Assembly: GCA_965249485.1 (NCBI GenBank)
Contig: OZ252239.1
Location: 1,056,001 to 1,120,000 of the forward strand
Direction: 5' to 3'
DNA length: 64,000 bases
From: a bacterium
GTDB taxonomy: Bacteria; SM23-31
The notes beneath the pieces were generated by a model. That model searched no databases and was not told the DNA's origin. It saw only the letters and a list, made by a program, of their open reading frames with translations. Within the stretch, counting starts at the first letter, position 1, and every line of letters starts with the position of its first letter. A program made the position numbers and the translations under genes. Positions 11,235 through 22,289 of the stretch are shown piece by piece.

Positions 11235-11732
11235 GGTGACTCCTTTCTTACCATACGCCTTTATTTTTTCTTTTCGAGATTAATGGTTTAAATTATTAAA
11301 GGTGGGGAAAGTTGCGATACTTTTTACTTGTTGAATTGTTGGCGAGTATCTTGGCTGGGAAAATAAAAGGACAGAAGAGTCGAACAAACTAGGCAAAATC
11401 GAAATACCCTATTTTTACCCGAAATATTCTAATTCTACACACTATTATATAATGGTTCTTATAAACGTCCTGCAAGCCTTAAGCAATGCGCCCATGCAGG
11501 GTCGGCAAATGCCATAGTAGTGAAGCCCAAATATGATAGGCACCATATAACTCTCCATCAAGCATTACATAGCGATTCAAACTTTAATTGCCTGTTAGAA
11601 GGTTTATAACGAATGGAAAGAAGGGTTGAAGAGTGGAAAATACTGAGCTAATCGGAATTACTCATTCTGTCCAACATGTTCTGAATCCCTACAGATTTCT
11701 TGTATTTGTCAAGCAAAAATGAAAATAAAATC

Positions 11733-11761
11733 TTGACAACATAGGCAGTATTTTGTACTAT
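11733..11761 (+). promoter_or_regulatory. sigma70-type promoter of the arabinose operon
   Basis: TTGACA (11733-11738), 17-nt spacer, TACTAT (11756-11761). Confidence 0.7.
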
Positions 11762-11877
11762 CTGAGTACCTCAACGACAAATTATTTTTTAATTTCTCCA
11801 GCCCAATTTCCATTATGACCATTATAGAATATGTTTTAAGATAATGATGCCAATAGATATTACCACAGAAGAATATA

Positions 11878-13578
11878 TTGATCACTACACACAACACTAA
11901 CAAAAATCAACCGCAATTTGTTATCGGTGTGGATTTCGGCACCGATTCTGTTCGGTCCGTAATTGTCGACGCTTCAAATGGTGAAGAAGCCGGAAATTCT
12001 GTAAATCATTACTCCCGATGGAATGATGGCAAATATTGTGACGCTTCCAAAAATCAGTTCAGACAGCATCCGCTTGATTTTATCGAGTCCTTAGAAGAGT
12101 CCATAAAAGACGCAATTAGTGAATTACCGGAAGGCGCATCTAAATATATAAAAGGGATATCTGTCGACACAACCGGGTCTACACCTGTTGCAGTGGACAA
12201 AAATGGACTGCCTCTTGCTTTGACACCGGGTTTCGAGGAAAATCCGAATGGGATGTTCATTCTTTGGAAGGATCATACCGCTGTACAGGAAGCCGCAGAT
12301 ATAAATAATGCAGCCCGTTCATGGGAGAGTATCGATTATACGCAATATGTCGGTGGTGTTTATTCATCAGAGTGGTTCTGGGCAAAAGCACTCCATGTGT
12401 TAAGGACTGATGAAACTGTGCGGGATGCAGCTTATTCGTGGGTTGAACATTGCGACTGGATACCTGCATTGCTAACCGGCAATACTGATCCGCTTGCTAT
12501 GAAAAGGAGCAGATGCGCGGCAGGTCACAAAGCAATGTGGAACAACTCTTATAACGGTCTACCTCCGGAAGACTTTTTAATTTCAATCGACCCATTATTT
12601 AAAGGATTAAGAGAAAGGTTATTTAAGAAAACGTATACGTGTGATGTTAAAGCCGGAATGATGTCCTCGGAATGGGTGAATCGTCTTGGATTGCATGAAC
12701 ATGTTTCTGTAGGTGTAGGCGCATTTGATGCACATTTGGGGGCTGTCGGTGTGGAGATCGAACCGTATGTCCTTTGCAAAGTAATGGGTACTTCGACCTG
12801 CGATATGCTTGTTGTACCGAATGAAGAAATAGGTGAAACCATTGTTAAAGGAATTTGTGGGCAGGTTGATGGATCTATTATTCCGGGTATGATTGGTATG
12901 GAGGCAGGTCAGTCGGGTTTTGGAGATATTTACGCATGGTTCAAAGATATTATTATGAATCCGGTGGAAAATTTTTTTGCGGATAATACACGTTTGGAGC
13001 CTGCTGTAAAAGAACATATTCTTTCAGACTTTTCGAAAAATCTGATACCCAATTTGTCTCGTGAAGCTCAGAATGTTCCAGTTGATGAATCAGGTATTAT
13101 TGCCCTGGACTGGATGAATGGACGAAGGACTCCCGATGCTAATCAAGCCCTTGAGGGGGTTTTGACCGGGTTAAATCTTAGTTCTGATACCCCAAAGATA
13201 TTCAGAGCACTTGTTGAAGCAACAGGATACGGTGCCAGAAAGATCGTTGAGCGGTTCAATTCAGAAGGAGTAAAAATTGATGGAGTGATAGGTTTGGGAG
13301 GAATACCCAAAAAATCTCCTTTTATTATGCAGACTATTACGGATATTCTGAATAAACCGATAAAGATCGCACGTTCCGAACAAGCATGTGCTCTCGGTTC
13401 AGCGATGGCAGCGGCTGCAGTTTCTGGGATATATTCTACATTAGAAGAAGCCCAAAAGGCAATGGGAAAAGGATTCGAAAAGGAATATTATCCCGATCCG
13501 GTTAGAGCGAAAAAATATAATGAGTTATATAAAAAATATTTATATCTCGGAGATTTTGTTGAGAATCATTTTTCTTAG
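11878..13578 (+). CDS. araB: L-ribulokinase
   Basis: FGGY kinase motifs IGVDFGTDSVR, DTTGSTP, LWKDHTA, YSSEWFWAK, DWMNGRRTP; start codon uncertain (TTG). Confidence 0.92.
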   Translation: MITTHNTNKNQPQFVIGVDFGTDSVRSVIVDASNGEEAGNSVNHYSRWNDGKYCDASKNQFRQHPLDFIESLEESIKDAISELPEGASKYIKGISVDTTGSTPVAVDKNGLPLALTPGFEENPNGMFILWKDHTAVQEAADINNAARSWESIDYTQYVGGVYSSEWFWAKALHVLRTDETVRDAAYSWVEHCDWIPALLTGNTDPLAMKRSRCAAGHKAMWNNSYNGLPPEDFLISIDPLFKGLRERLFKKTYTCDVKAGMMSSEWVNRLGLHEHVSVGVGAFDAHLGAVGVEIEPYVLCKVMGTSTCDMLVVPNEEIGETIVKGICGQVDGSIIPGMIGMEAGQSGFGDIYAWFKDIIMNPVENFFADNTRLEPAVKEHILSDFSKNLIPNLSREAQNVPVDESGIIALDWMNGRRTPDANQALEGVLTGLNLSSDTPKIFRALVEATGYGARKIVERFNSEGVKIDGVIGLGGIPKKSPFIMQTITDILNKPIKIARSEQACALGSAMAAAAVSGIYSTLEEAQKAMGKGFEKEYYPDPVRAKKYNELYKKYLYLGDFVENHFS

Positions 13579-13587
13579 GAGACAATT

Positions 13588-14283
13588 TTGACATCCTTTA
13601 AAACTCTTAAAGAAATATCTTGGAAGTGTAATATGGAGCTATTTAAGAGTGGGGTTGTCATATATACTTTTGGCAATGTGAGCGCTTTCGATAAGGATAA
13701 AGGGGTGTTTGCGATCAAACCGAGCGGAATGCCTTATGATAGTCTCAAGCCTGAAGATATGGTAATTGTTGACCTGGAAAACAACGTGGTCGCAGGTAAA
13801 CTCAATCCGTCTTCGGATACCAAGACCCATACGGTATTATACAATAAATTTCCAGGGATAGGAGGCATAGCTCATACACATTCCACTTATGCTGTTTCAT
13901 GGGCGCAGGCTATGAGACCTATACCCATAATGGGAACAACCCACGCCGACCATCTTAGTGAAGATATTCCCTGCACTGAAGTTATGAGTGATGAAATGAT
14001 CCAAAAAGATTATGAAGAACAGACAGGATACCAAATTGTGCAGGAATTCAAGGAACGGTCATATAAAGAGATCGAAATGGTCCTTGTTGCCGGTCATGGT
14101 CCTTTCTCCTGGGGTGATACCGCTGATAAAGCAGTCTATAATAGTGTTATGCTTGAAGAAATTGCAAAAATGGCGTCACATACATTGGAGATCAATCCAA
14201 AAACAGGCACCTTAAAACCCGAATTGATTAAAAAACACTATTTGAGAAAACATGGCAAGGACGCTTATTACGGGCAAAAATAA
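13588..14283 (+). CDS. araD: L-ribulose-5-phosphate 4-epimerase
   Basis: TFGNVS, IKPSG, PSSDTKTH, HTHS, GTTHADH, RKHGKDAYYGQ. Confidence 0.95.
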   Translation: MTSFKTLKEISWKCNMELFKSGVVIYTFGNVSAFDKDKGVFAIKPSGMPYDSLKPEDMVIVDLENNVVAGKLNPSSDTKTHTVLYNKFPGIGGIAHTHSTYAVSWAQAMRPIPIMGTTHADHLSEDIPCTEVMSDEMIQKDYEEQTGYQIVQEFKERSYKEIEMVLVAGHGPFSWGDTADKAVYNSVMLEEIAKMASHTLEINPKTGTLKPELIKKHYLRKHGKDAYYGQK

Positions 14284-14340
14284 AAATGAATAAATCGTTC
14301 GTTGTGGTTAAAACGGGCTAAATTTGCGAGAGAAATTTAT

Positions 14341-15825
14341 ATGGAAAATGTGCCGGATTTAAAATTGGGAATTATTGCGGTAAGCAGAGATTGTTTTCCG
14401 ATTGAATTGTCAAGAAAGAGACTGCACAATGTCGTGCAATCATTCCAAAAATTCAAAAGTGATCTTTCTGTATTAGAAACGATCATAGAAAATGAAAATG
14501 ATGTAAACAAAGCATTAAATGAGATCAGTGAAAAAAGAATAAATTCTCTTGTAGTGTATCTTGGAAATTTCGGTCCTGAAGGTCCGTTATCAATTCTGGT
14601 ACAAAAATTCGACGGACCTTCTATGGTCCTTGCCGCCGCTGAGGAATCGGGTAAAGATCTTATTAATGGCAGGGGGGACGCGTATTGCGGACTTTTAAGT
14701 GCTTCTTACAATTTCGGTTTGCGTAATCTGTCACCGCATATCCCCGAAAATCCGGTTTGCCTTCCGGACGAAGCAGCTGAATATATTAATAGTTTTATAC
14801 CAATTGCAAGAACCTATATCGGGTTAAAAAATTTAAAAATATTTTCTTTTGGTCCACGTCCTTTTGATTTTCTAACTTGCCATGCTCCCATCAAACCATT
14901 ATTCAATATTGGTGTGGAAATTATGGAAAACAGCGAGTTAGATCTTTATGATCTCTATTTATCTGCCGAAAATGACCCGGATATAAAAAGCATTGCCGCA
15001 GACATGGCTGAAGAGCTGGGTACGGGAAACACGTATCCTGAATTACTGGAAAACCTCGCACAATATGAAGTTGCATTGACGAAATTTATGAAAGAAAACC
15101 TTGGCACTTCAAAATATGGTGTGTTTGCTAATAAATGCTGGCCAGGGTTTGAAAAGTTTTTCAAATTTGTCCCTTGTTTTGTGAATTCACGGCTTGCTTC
15201 AAGAGGTATCCCCGTTGCCTGCGAATCCGATATTTATGGCGCTCTTAGTGAATATATTGTAACCTGCTCGACCGAACTGCCCGCGGCTATCCTCGATATC
15301 AATAATACAGTACCGCATGATCTGCTGGAGGGTCATGAAGATATTGCAAAGGATTATCAATCAACCGATCTGTTTATGGGATTTCATTGTGGAAATACCG
15401 CATCGGGATGTATGATAAATCCTGAAATAAAATATCAGCTCATTATGCACAGGGTCATGGAGCCCGGTCAGGAGCCGGATATTACGCGGGGGACTCTTGA
15501 AGGCAGGTTCAAACCGGGTGGAATGACGATTTTCAGGCTTCAATCAACTGCAGAGGCTGAATTAAAAGCGTATGTTGCCGAAGGCGAAATTCTTGATCTT
15601 GATCCTAAGTCATTTGGGTGTATCGGAATCTTTGGAATAAAAGAAATGGGGAGATTTTACCGTCATGTTCTTATTGAAAAGAAATTTCCTCATCATACTG
15701 CGGTGGCATTTAACCGGTCAGGAAGAATACTGCATGATATAGTTAAATTAATAGGTGTTGATGATATATCGTTTAATCATCCAAAAGAGATACTTTATAA
15801 ATCAGAGATTAGATTTCAAGATTGA
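14341..15825 (+). CDS. L-fucose/L-arabinose isomerase-family protein
   Basis: VSRDCFP, GNFGPE, RGDAYCG, ACESD, GFHCGN, PHH motifs; located in the araB-araD operon; ORF track start 14302. Confidence 0.8.
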   Translation: MENVPDLKLGIIAVSRDCFPIELSRKRLHNVVQSFQKFKSDLSVLETIIENENDVNKALNEISEKRINSLVVYLGNFGPEGPLSILVQKFDGPSMVLAAAEESGKDLINGRGDAYCGLLSASYNFGLRNLSPHIPENPVCLPDEAAEYINSFIPIARTYIGLKNLKIFSFGPRPFDFLTCHAPIKPLFNIGVEIMENSELDLYDLYLSAENDPDIKSIAADMAEELGTGNTYPELLENLAQYEVALTKFMKENLGTSKYGVFANKCWPGFEKFFKFVPCFVNSRLASRGIPVACESDIYGALSEYIVTCSTELPAAILDINNTVPHDLLEGHEDIAKDYQSTDLFMGFHCGNTASGCMINPEIKYQLIMHRVMEPGQEPDITRGTLEGRFKPGGMTIFRLQSTAEAELKAYVAEGEILDLDPKSFGCIGIFGIKEMGRFYRHVLIEKKFPHHTAVAFNRSGRILHDIVKLIGVDDISFNHPKEILYKSEIRFQD

Positions 15826-16172
15826 TCAGACCGTTTCTAAAATTGCAGGAAAAAAATATAGCGGATACTGCAGTTTTCGAATTTGGTAGTCGGGACTGGT
15901 TTACGATTGGACTATTTATTTTGGGGTTAGTTGGAATTATTGTCCGAGTATTACGTCAGAAAGAAGATACAACTACCAACTATTTTCTTGCAGGACGAAA
16001 CATCGGATGGGTAGTTATAGGTGTATCTATATTCGCCTCAAATATCAGTTCGGAACATTTGGTCGGTTTGGCAGGAGCAGGTGCTGATAGTGGTATGGTG
16101 ATGGCGCATTGGGAAATTTAGGCATGGCTCATACTAGTTTTGGGATGGGTTTTTGTACCATTTTATGCCTGA
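15822..16172 (+). pseudogene. Truncated sodium:solute symporter
   Basis: YFLAGRNIGW...SIFASNISSEHLVGLAG...AHWEI*AWLILVLGWVFVPFYA*; stops at 16119 and 16170; remainder absent. Confidence 0.85.
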
Positions 16173-16318
16173 TGAAGACTAGATCAGAGGATTAACGTAC
16201 GGCTCCGAATCCCCTGAATGAGAAATAGCTGAAACAAGTGGGATGTCATCCATACCGGCATACTATTAAGTATTGTTACAGGTTTCTATAATTATTTCCG
16301 GTAAACCTATTAAATAAT

Positions 16319-16897
16319 ATGATCAAAGTTCATAATGAGGTTCGAGGATTAATTTTTGATTGTGACGGGACTCTTGTCGATACAATGCCGCTCCATATTA
16401 CAGCTTGGGAAAATGCTTTTCTTGATTTCGGTGCAAAGTGTACAATTGATTTTCTTGATCCGTTGAAAGGTATGAAGGAAGAACAAATTGTGGAATTGTA
16501 TAATACACGATACGATAACGATCTCAACGGTAAAGAGCTCGTACAGCGAAAGCATAAATATTATTGGGAAAGTCTTAATGACGTAAAATTGATTAAACCG
16601 GTGGCTGATGTTGTATATAAATATAATAAAACTTACCCGATGGCTGTTGTTTCAGGCGGAACAGAAAAAAACGTAAACCACGTTTTGGAATTAACCAATA
16701 TCAAACACTTTTTTTCAGCTATCGTTACTGCAGACGATAATTTTGAACCTAAACCGTCACCTGAAGGTTTTCTGGAAACAGCAAAGAAGATTGGTGTAGA
16801 ACCGATATTATGTCAGGTATTTGAAGATGGCGATTTAGGTATAGAAGCTGCACAAAAAGCGGGGATGCATATTACAGATGTAAGACAGTATTTATAA
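16319..16897 (+). CDS. HAD-superfamily phosphatase (YqaB/beta-phosphoglucomutase-like)
   Basis: FDCDGTLVDT motif I, KPSP, FEDGD motif IV. Confidence 0.88.
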   Translation: MIKVHNEVRGLIFDCDGTLVDTMPLHITAWENAFLDFGAKCTIDFLDPLKGMKEEQIVELYNTRYDNDLNGKELVQRKHKYYWESLNDVKLIKPVADVVYKYNKTYPMAVVSGGTEKNVNHVLELTNIKHFFSAIVTADDNFEPKPSPEGFLETAKKIGVEPILCQVFEDGDLGIEAAQKAGMHITDVRQYL

Positions 16898-17155
16898 AAA
16901 TAAATAGTGAATATTGTAGGGATTCAGAACAAGTTGGACTGTATTAATTGAAAATTAAGAGATACATTTTGTCTTTGCAAGAAATTTTTATTTATATCCT
17001 TCCGTAAAATGTCTTTCCAGACAACTCTCCACCAACATACATAGCGATACAAAAATTTTTTACCTATAAGGACGTTTTTAACGAATGGATAATCGAAAAT
17101 ATTAGGCAAAACCGAATTATCCGATCTGTCCAAAATGATTCGTACTGACACAATT

Positions 17156-17325
17156 GCATCTATTGAACGAGTATCTCAGATAAATGATCAACATGTATGC
17201 AATAGGTATCGGATTGGTGTTAGATAGTGAACTGTAGACAAAATATGAACGATTTCGGAAAAAAAGGGACAAACTATTCAGTGAAACTAGGAAGGATAAT
17301 TGAGCTAAACTGTTGTTTTCATTAG
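17156..17325. repeat. Diverged copy of the sequence flanking the tRNA-Leu 3' end (pairs with 35532-35701)
   Basis: Gap-free manual alignment at offset 18376, about 25 mismatches in 170 nt. Confidence 0.85.
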
Positions 17326-17383
17326 TGGTGCGAGAGGGGGGACTCGAACCCCCACAGGTTTAAGCCTACTGGATCCTAAATCC
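17326..17383 (-). repeat. att-like duplicate of the 3' 58 nt of tRNA-Leu(TAG)
   Basis: Identical to 35702-35759 (CCA end through the anticodon loop); 5' part of the tRNA is missing. Confidence 0.93.
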
Positions 17384-17739
17384 TTTTTTCGCCCCTTTTA
17401 TGCTAAACAATAACAAACAATGACAACTCATAATAAAGTGGTAAATCTCTATTAATTCAAATATTTAGCGAATTCAAGCTCGAAATTGCAGTTTTAGAAA
17501 AAAAGGAATAATTTGGGCATAATCTTACCTAAAACAATTTCGAATCTAACATTATAATCCCAAAACCTTCTGAGAATCCCACAGATTAATCGCCGTCAAA
17601 AGATCTAAATATCTAATGTAACATATTAATAAGTATATAAACCAGATAGAGAAAGATAAGATCAACCTATTCACTCCTTATCGTTAAAGACAACATGAAT
17701 AACTGATCACCCATTTGCAGTCAACTACATACGAAACAG

Positions 17740-19166
17740 CTACTGACACCAATCTACAATTGCTTTCGCTGTTACTTTGATTGCCCTGATGTAGTCCGGC
17801 AAATCGACCCACTCGTCATGAAGCCCATTCTGGATTAAATTACCTCCCAATGGACCATAGCCCACCGCGGGAATTCCGCTGAACAGAAAGGGATTAATGA
17901 TTGAGCTTGCTGTGTGCAGAGGATTAACAAACGGCTTTTCACCGGTAACTGTTTGTATAGAATTACTAACTGTTTGGTATAAGGGATGTTTAACCGGTAG
18001 TTCCATTCCATCCGCACCGTATAGCCATACTATCGATGGTGGATGTTCCTTCAGCCAGGGATCCGATTCAGCCACTTCAGCAATACAATCTGCCACTTCT
18101 TTCTGAACTTGCCTAAGATTTTCAATGGGCGGAAACGTGAGAGATGCACTAATTGTACTTTTTGTTGGAATTCCTATTCCTTCACTGCTGATTTGGCTTA
18201 TGAGTAAATTAGTAGACCTGCCGACCTTATCATCAATAGGTTTATAATAGACCCGCTCGCCTCTTTGTTCATTCAGTCTATCAAGTGCCTGCTTAATTAA
18301 AACCGCCTTGTCAATAGCGTTGGTTCCAAGATGAGCGAATACTGTTTTTCCCGGCTCTGTCGTGGGTGGCTGCTGCCCGGTGACAGTAACCCGGAAACTC
18401 AGCGTACCGGATGAAACAGCTTTAATCTCCCTCAATCCCACACCTGACTCAGGTGGATGCAGGTATATACAGCCATCTGCATGGTACCCCCTGTTCAACA
18501 GAGCAATGATACCTCGTGCGTTTTGCTTGGTTGTTGCACTCCCGAGATAGATATCACCTCCGGGATGTATCCCTGCATTACGTAAAGCATTCAGGGCTTC
18601 AGCGATAATCGCAACACCCCCCAGGTCATCCGCAACACCCCACCCATAGATTTTATCTTCTTCAATTTCGGCAGCAAATGGATCATGCGTCCAATCTTCA
18701 GTAAGCAGTTATGGGTACGGGATCCGGGTGAGCATACAGCAAGAGACTTCTACCATCACCGCTACCGGGATAGGTACCCACGACGGTTATGCGTTCTATA
18801 TTGTTAATGGCCTCCTCAGCTGCAAACTCATGCTCCATTTTGATGTTTGCTGGGAAAACCCTGAGTACTTCTACCGTACATCCCAGCTCTTCAAACCGCT
18901 TTGCCACAAGGGTTTGAATCAGTTTCTTCGCCCTCACCTTGTGCTTTGATGAGCTCCTTTAGGAATTCGATGTGTTCTTCTTTATTGTTGTCAATTGTAT
19001 CGAATAAGACCTGTACCTCTTTTGTATTTGTCACCTGTTTCATTTGGTTACTGTGAACTCTATTGCCGGAATCAACATTATTGAGATCCGTACAGAATAA
19101 CAATAAAATAATCATTCCTATTATTACCGATTTAAAAAAAGATTGTGATACTACGTCACAGTTCAT
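17740..19166 (-). pseudogene. M20/ArgE-DapE-family metallohydrolase split by two frameshifts
   Basis: Pieces 18891..19166, 18698..18937 (GRSLLLYAHPDPVP) and a frame reading DWTHDPF...IYGWGVADDLGG into 17740..18498 (HDEWVD). Confidence 0.8.
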
Positions 19167-19274
19167 TTTTTCTCCATAAATAGATAGTTTCAGTAAATAT
19201 AAGTATTTTCTGCTCGTCAGTTTGTACGTTCTGCGAACCTTTGAAGTTGATAGATAAGAAATATCTTATATTCT

Positions 19275-19649
19275 CTAACTATCAAAACTTTTCAATGCAA
19301 TATCCACAGCTTTCCGAAGGATTGATAAACTCATTGGTTTATTAAGACAATCATTAAAGCCAATTGAATTTAATTCTTCACTTTCAAACAATTCCCCTGA
19401 TCCGGAACACGCAATTATATATACATCTAAATATTTCTCTCTAATTTTTTTGCACAGATCAATGCCATTCATTTCAGGCATATTAATATCAAGAAAAATA
19501 ACCTTATATGATTCATTCTTTAAGATTGTTAATGCTTCCTTTCCACTCGTTGTTGTCCTTACGTCACAATCCATACTCTCAAATAAAATAGAAAGGGCAT
19601 CGAGCAACTCTATATCATCATCAACCAAAAGAATTTTCCTTGTACGCAT
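19275..19649 (-). CDS. Single-domain response regulator (CheY-like receiver)
   Basis: LLVDDD, FLDINMPEMNG, KP motifs. Confidence 0.9.
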   Translation of the reverse strand: MRTRKILLVDDDIELLDALSILFESMDCDVRTTTSGKEALTILKNESYKVIFLDINMPEMNGIDLCKKIREKYLDVYIIACSGSGELFESEELNSIGFNDCLNKPMSLSILRKAVDIALKSFDS

Positions 19650-19821
19650 TTGCCTTGCTCCAATACTGTCTCTTAACTTTAATCTTCTAAAATGTCCAGT
19701 AGATTCAGAATCCCTAATTTTTACGTTGTAAGAACATATTGGACAATATTAGTTAAATATTAAGAGATACTTATGGCTTATACAAGTATTATCTACTCCT
19801 CGGGCTGTACGATTTTTGACT

Positions 19822-20411
19822 TTAGCGAATGAGATAGAGCTCCTTTTGCGGTGGAGATAAATATTCGACTCCACTTTCGGTAGCAATCGCCTACTCATGA
19901 TCCCAAAATAATAAATATTGATCTTCGTGTTCGTTGGATGTAGGTGACGGCATATAGAAAAATTATTCTAAAACAAAGTGGTGATTGGGCGAGAGTGGTA
20001 CATCATACGTCCAATCCGGACCATAAGAACCCATCCTGGGTCCAAGATAAATATCGTGCTTCCTCCCACTTGCTCCTTTTCCCTTGCCATGTAAGTCGAT
20101 AGAAAGCAGGATTTTATCAGGATCAAAACTCATGGAATAAACAGGAAAATCATTCTTTGGCTGAACCATATGCATTTGGGGGTCCACAACTACAATCCCT
20201 GCATCATCAAATTTCCGTTTGTAATTTTTAATTATTTCACGAGGGGTAAGTCCAGCCTTGACCGTTTCTACAAGAATCTTATCGATTTTCAAATATTCTG
20301 CCCAGAGTTTTTTGATTTCCGAAGGCGATTCGGTCTCACCTTCACGGAGCACATAGGCGTACATTCCCTGGCTTGGTGCTGCAACAATGTCGCCTCCCCG
20401 TATTACATTGT
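19822..20411 (-). pseudogene. 3' remnant of an M24 paralog
   Basis: Highly similar to the C-terminal part of 23417..24841 (ends EYLSPPQKELYLIR*); premature TAA at 19963 and TAG near 19891; 5' part replaced by the fucosidase duplicate. Confidence 0.85.
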
Positions 20412-22020
20412 TTTCATTACCTGGACCTGCAGACCTGTGTTTAAGGTTGTCAGTCGAACTTCCTTACGATCTTGAATACATAGGCATGGTCACCGGGCCT
20501 CTCGGCCGGAGTCTTGATAGAAAGACCACCACCCGCAATTTCCTTCCCTTCATGCCATAACCTACCGGTCCATTCTCCTTCGACCCATTTCCACTCCAGG
20601 GGCTGGCCGTCGCCCAGCATGGTGATCTCTTGAATTTCATTCTCATACAATGGACCTAAACCATTTAAGCCCCTGTTAAATGTTTTTATCAAAATTTCTT
20701 CTCCCGGCCAGTCCAGAACAATAGCATACAGGGTATCCCCCTTAACTGTGAAACGGATATCCTCAGGTGTATATTCTTGTTCCTCACCCCGGAATTCTCC
20801 TTCTTCCATGGATGGCCCTTCACCCGCCTTGATCCATGCCGATGTCCCGTAGATAGCTTCCCCGTTGATATCGAGCCATTTGCCCATGCCCAGTAGTTTT
20901 TCCGCTGCCTCCTCCGGGATACTGCCATCCGCTTTGGGTCCTACATTCAGAAGGAGGTATCCGTTCTTGCTCACCCGGTCGACCAGGTTGTCCACCAGCG
21001 TGTTTACCGATTTGTAACTGGTTCCCTCAACATATCCCCATCCGCCGTTGACATCGACATCGGTATCGGTGATCCACTCGTTGTATGTGAGTTTATGCTC
21101 CTGACCACCCTCAAGGTCCGTTAAACCGGCAAGCGGCGGGATGTCATTGTCCTTGTATGTCAGGACCACCTCCTTGCCGTTCTTCAGGGCATTGTTATAA
21201 TAATAGACAGTGACCTTCCTGTAGTAGTCCTCGCGTACCAGCTCCAGGAAGGATTCGAACCAGATGAAATCCGGATCATACTTATCGATCACCTCCATGA
21301 TTTTTCCGCTGTAGTGATCCAGCCATTCCTTTGTAGGTTCAACACCTTCTTCATGGATGAACCCGTACAATCCTGAATATTCCGGATTTGAACTATCATA
21401 TCTTTCATCCCAGACTGGAAAGTAGAACCAGCTGGCAGAATGATGAAACGTGGTCACGAACTTCATGTCCCTTGCCTTAATAGCCTTTTCCAGTTCCCCC
21501 ACGATATCTCTCTTTGGACCCATTTTGGCAGCATTCCAGTCTGAATACCTAGTATCCCACATGGCGAAGCCGTCGTGGTGCTCGGCCACGGGTCCCGCGA
21601 ACTTCGCACCGGCCCTGGCAAAAAGATCGGCCCATTCAGCGGCATCAAATTTTTCAGCTTTGAACATAGGGACAAGATCCTTATAGCCCACTCCGTCACT
21701 GAGTTTTCCGTACTTGCTTTCAAAGTCCTTCCGCTGCCAGTCATCGGGCCTGTTATAGACGTTATAAACATACCATGTGGCATTATCACCCATTGCGTGC
21801 ACCGAATAAACTCCCCAGTGGGTGTAAATACCGAATTTCCCGTCCCGGAGCCATTGCGGGGTGGTATGCCGATTTAGGGAAACCCAGTCTGCTTCATATT
21901 TAGCGGAATTCAGGTCGGTCTTTTTCTCCGGACCCTCTGCCTGTTGACAGCCCAACACCATGACCAATATTAGGATTGCACATACAACGTGTCGAGTAGA
22001 CATAATTGATCCTCATTCAT
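20412..22020. repeat. 1609-bp direct repeat, copy 1 (copy 2 at 32090-33698)
   Basis: Offset 11678; all overlapping ORF translations are identical in both copies; junctions located by eye. Confidence 0.92.
20450..22003 (-). CDS. GH29 alpha-L-fucosidase-like lipoprotein, copy 1
   Basis: KFGIYTHWGVYSV, EHHDGFAMW, VSKNGYLLLNVGP, NGEAIYGT; VLGC lipobox. Confidence 0.92.
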   Translation of the reverse strand: MSTRHVVCAILILVMVLGCQQAEGPEKKTDLNSAKYEADWVSLNRHTTPQWLRDGKFGIYTHWGVYSVHAMGDNATWYVYNVYNRPDDWQRKDFESKYGKLSDGVGYKDLVPMFKAEKFDAAEWADLFARAGAKFAGPVAEHHDGFAMWDTRYSDWNAAKMGPKRDIVGELEKAIKARDMKFVTTFHHSASWFYFPVWDERYDSSNPEYSGLYGFIHEEGVEPTKEWLDHYSGKIMEVIDKYDPDFIWFESFLELVREDYYRKVTVYYYNNALKNGKEVVLTYKDNDIPPLAGLTDLEGGQEHKLTYNEWITDTDVDVNGGWGYVEGTSYKSVNTLVDNLVDRVSKNGYLLLNVGPKADGSIPEEAAEKLLGMGKWLDINGEAIYGTSAWIKAGEGPSMEEGEFRGEEQEYTPEDIRFTVKGDTLYAIVLDWPGEEILIKTFNRGLNGLGPLYENEIQEITMLGDGQPLEWKWVEGEWTGRLWHEGKEIAGGGLSIKTPAERPGDHAYVFKIVRKFD

Positions 22021-22289
22021 AGAATATATACCTATTATCAAACTTCTATATGACGCTAATTTAAGATGTGATATTCTTGGTCAAAGCGTAAGAGCCTACC
22101 GGTTGCTATGATATGTTAGATATAAATGGTAAGGTATTCATGTGGTTTTTACAAGCATTATCTACTCTCCGTACTGTACTAATTGCGGACCATACTGTTC
22201 AAAAAACAGAAATTTTAAATATGCATTTAATATTAAATGCACTATTGTAAAATCTATTGAGGAAATAATGGTCTGGAGACGTACTTTTC

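Noticed and set aside
17326..17383. Second functional tRNA-Leu
   Set aside because: The 5' acceptor strand and D arm are absent.
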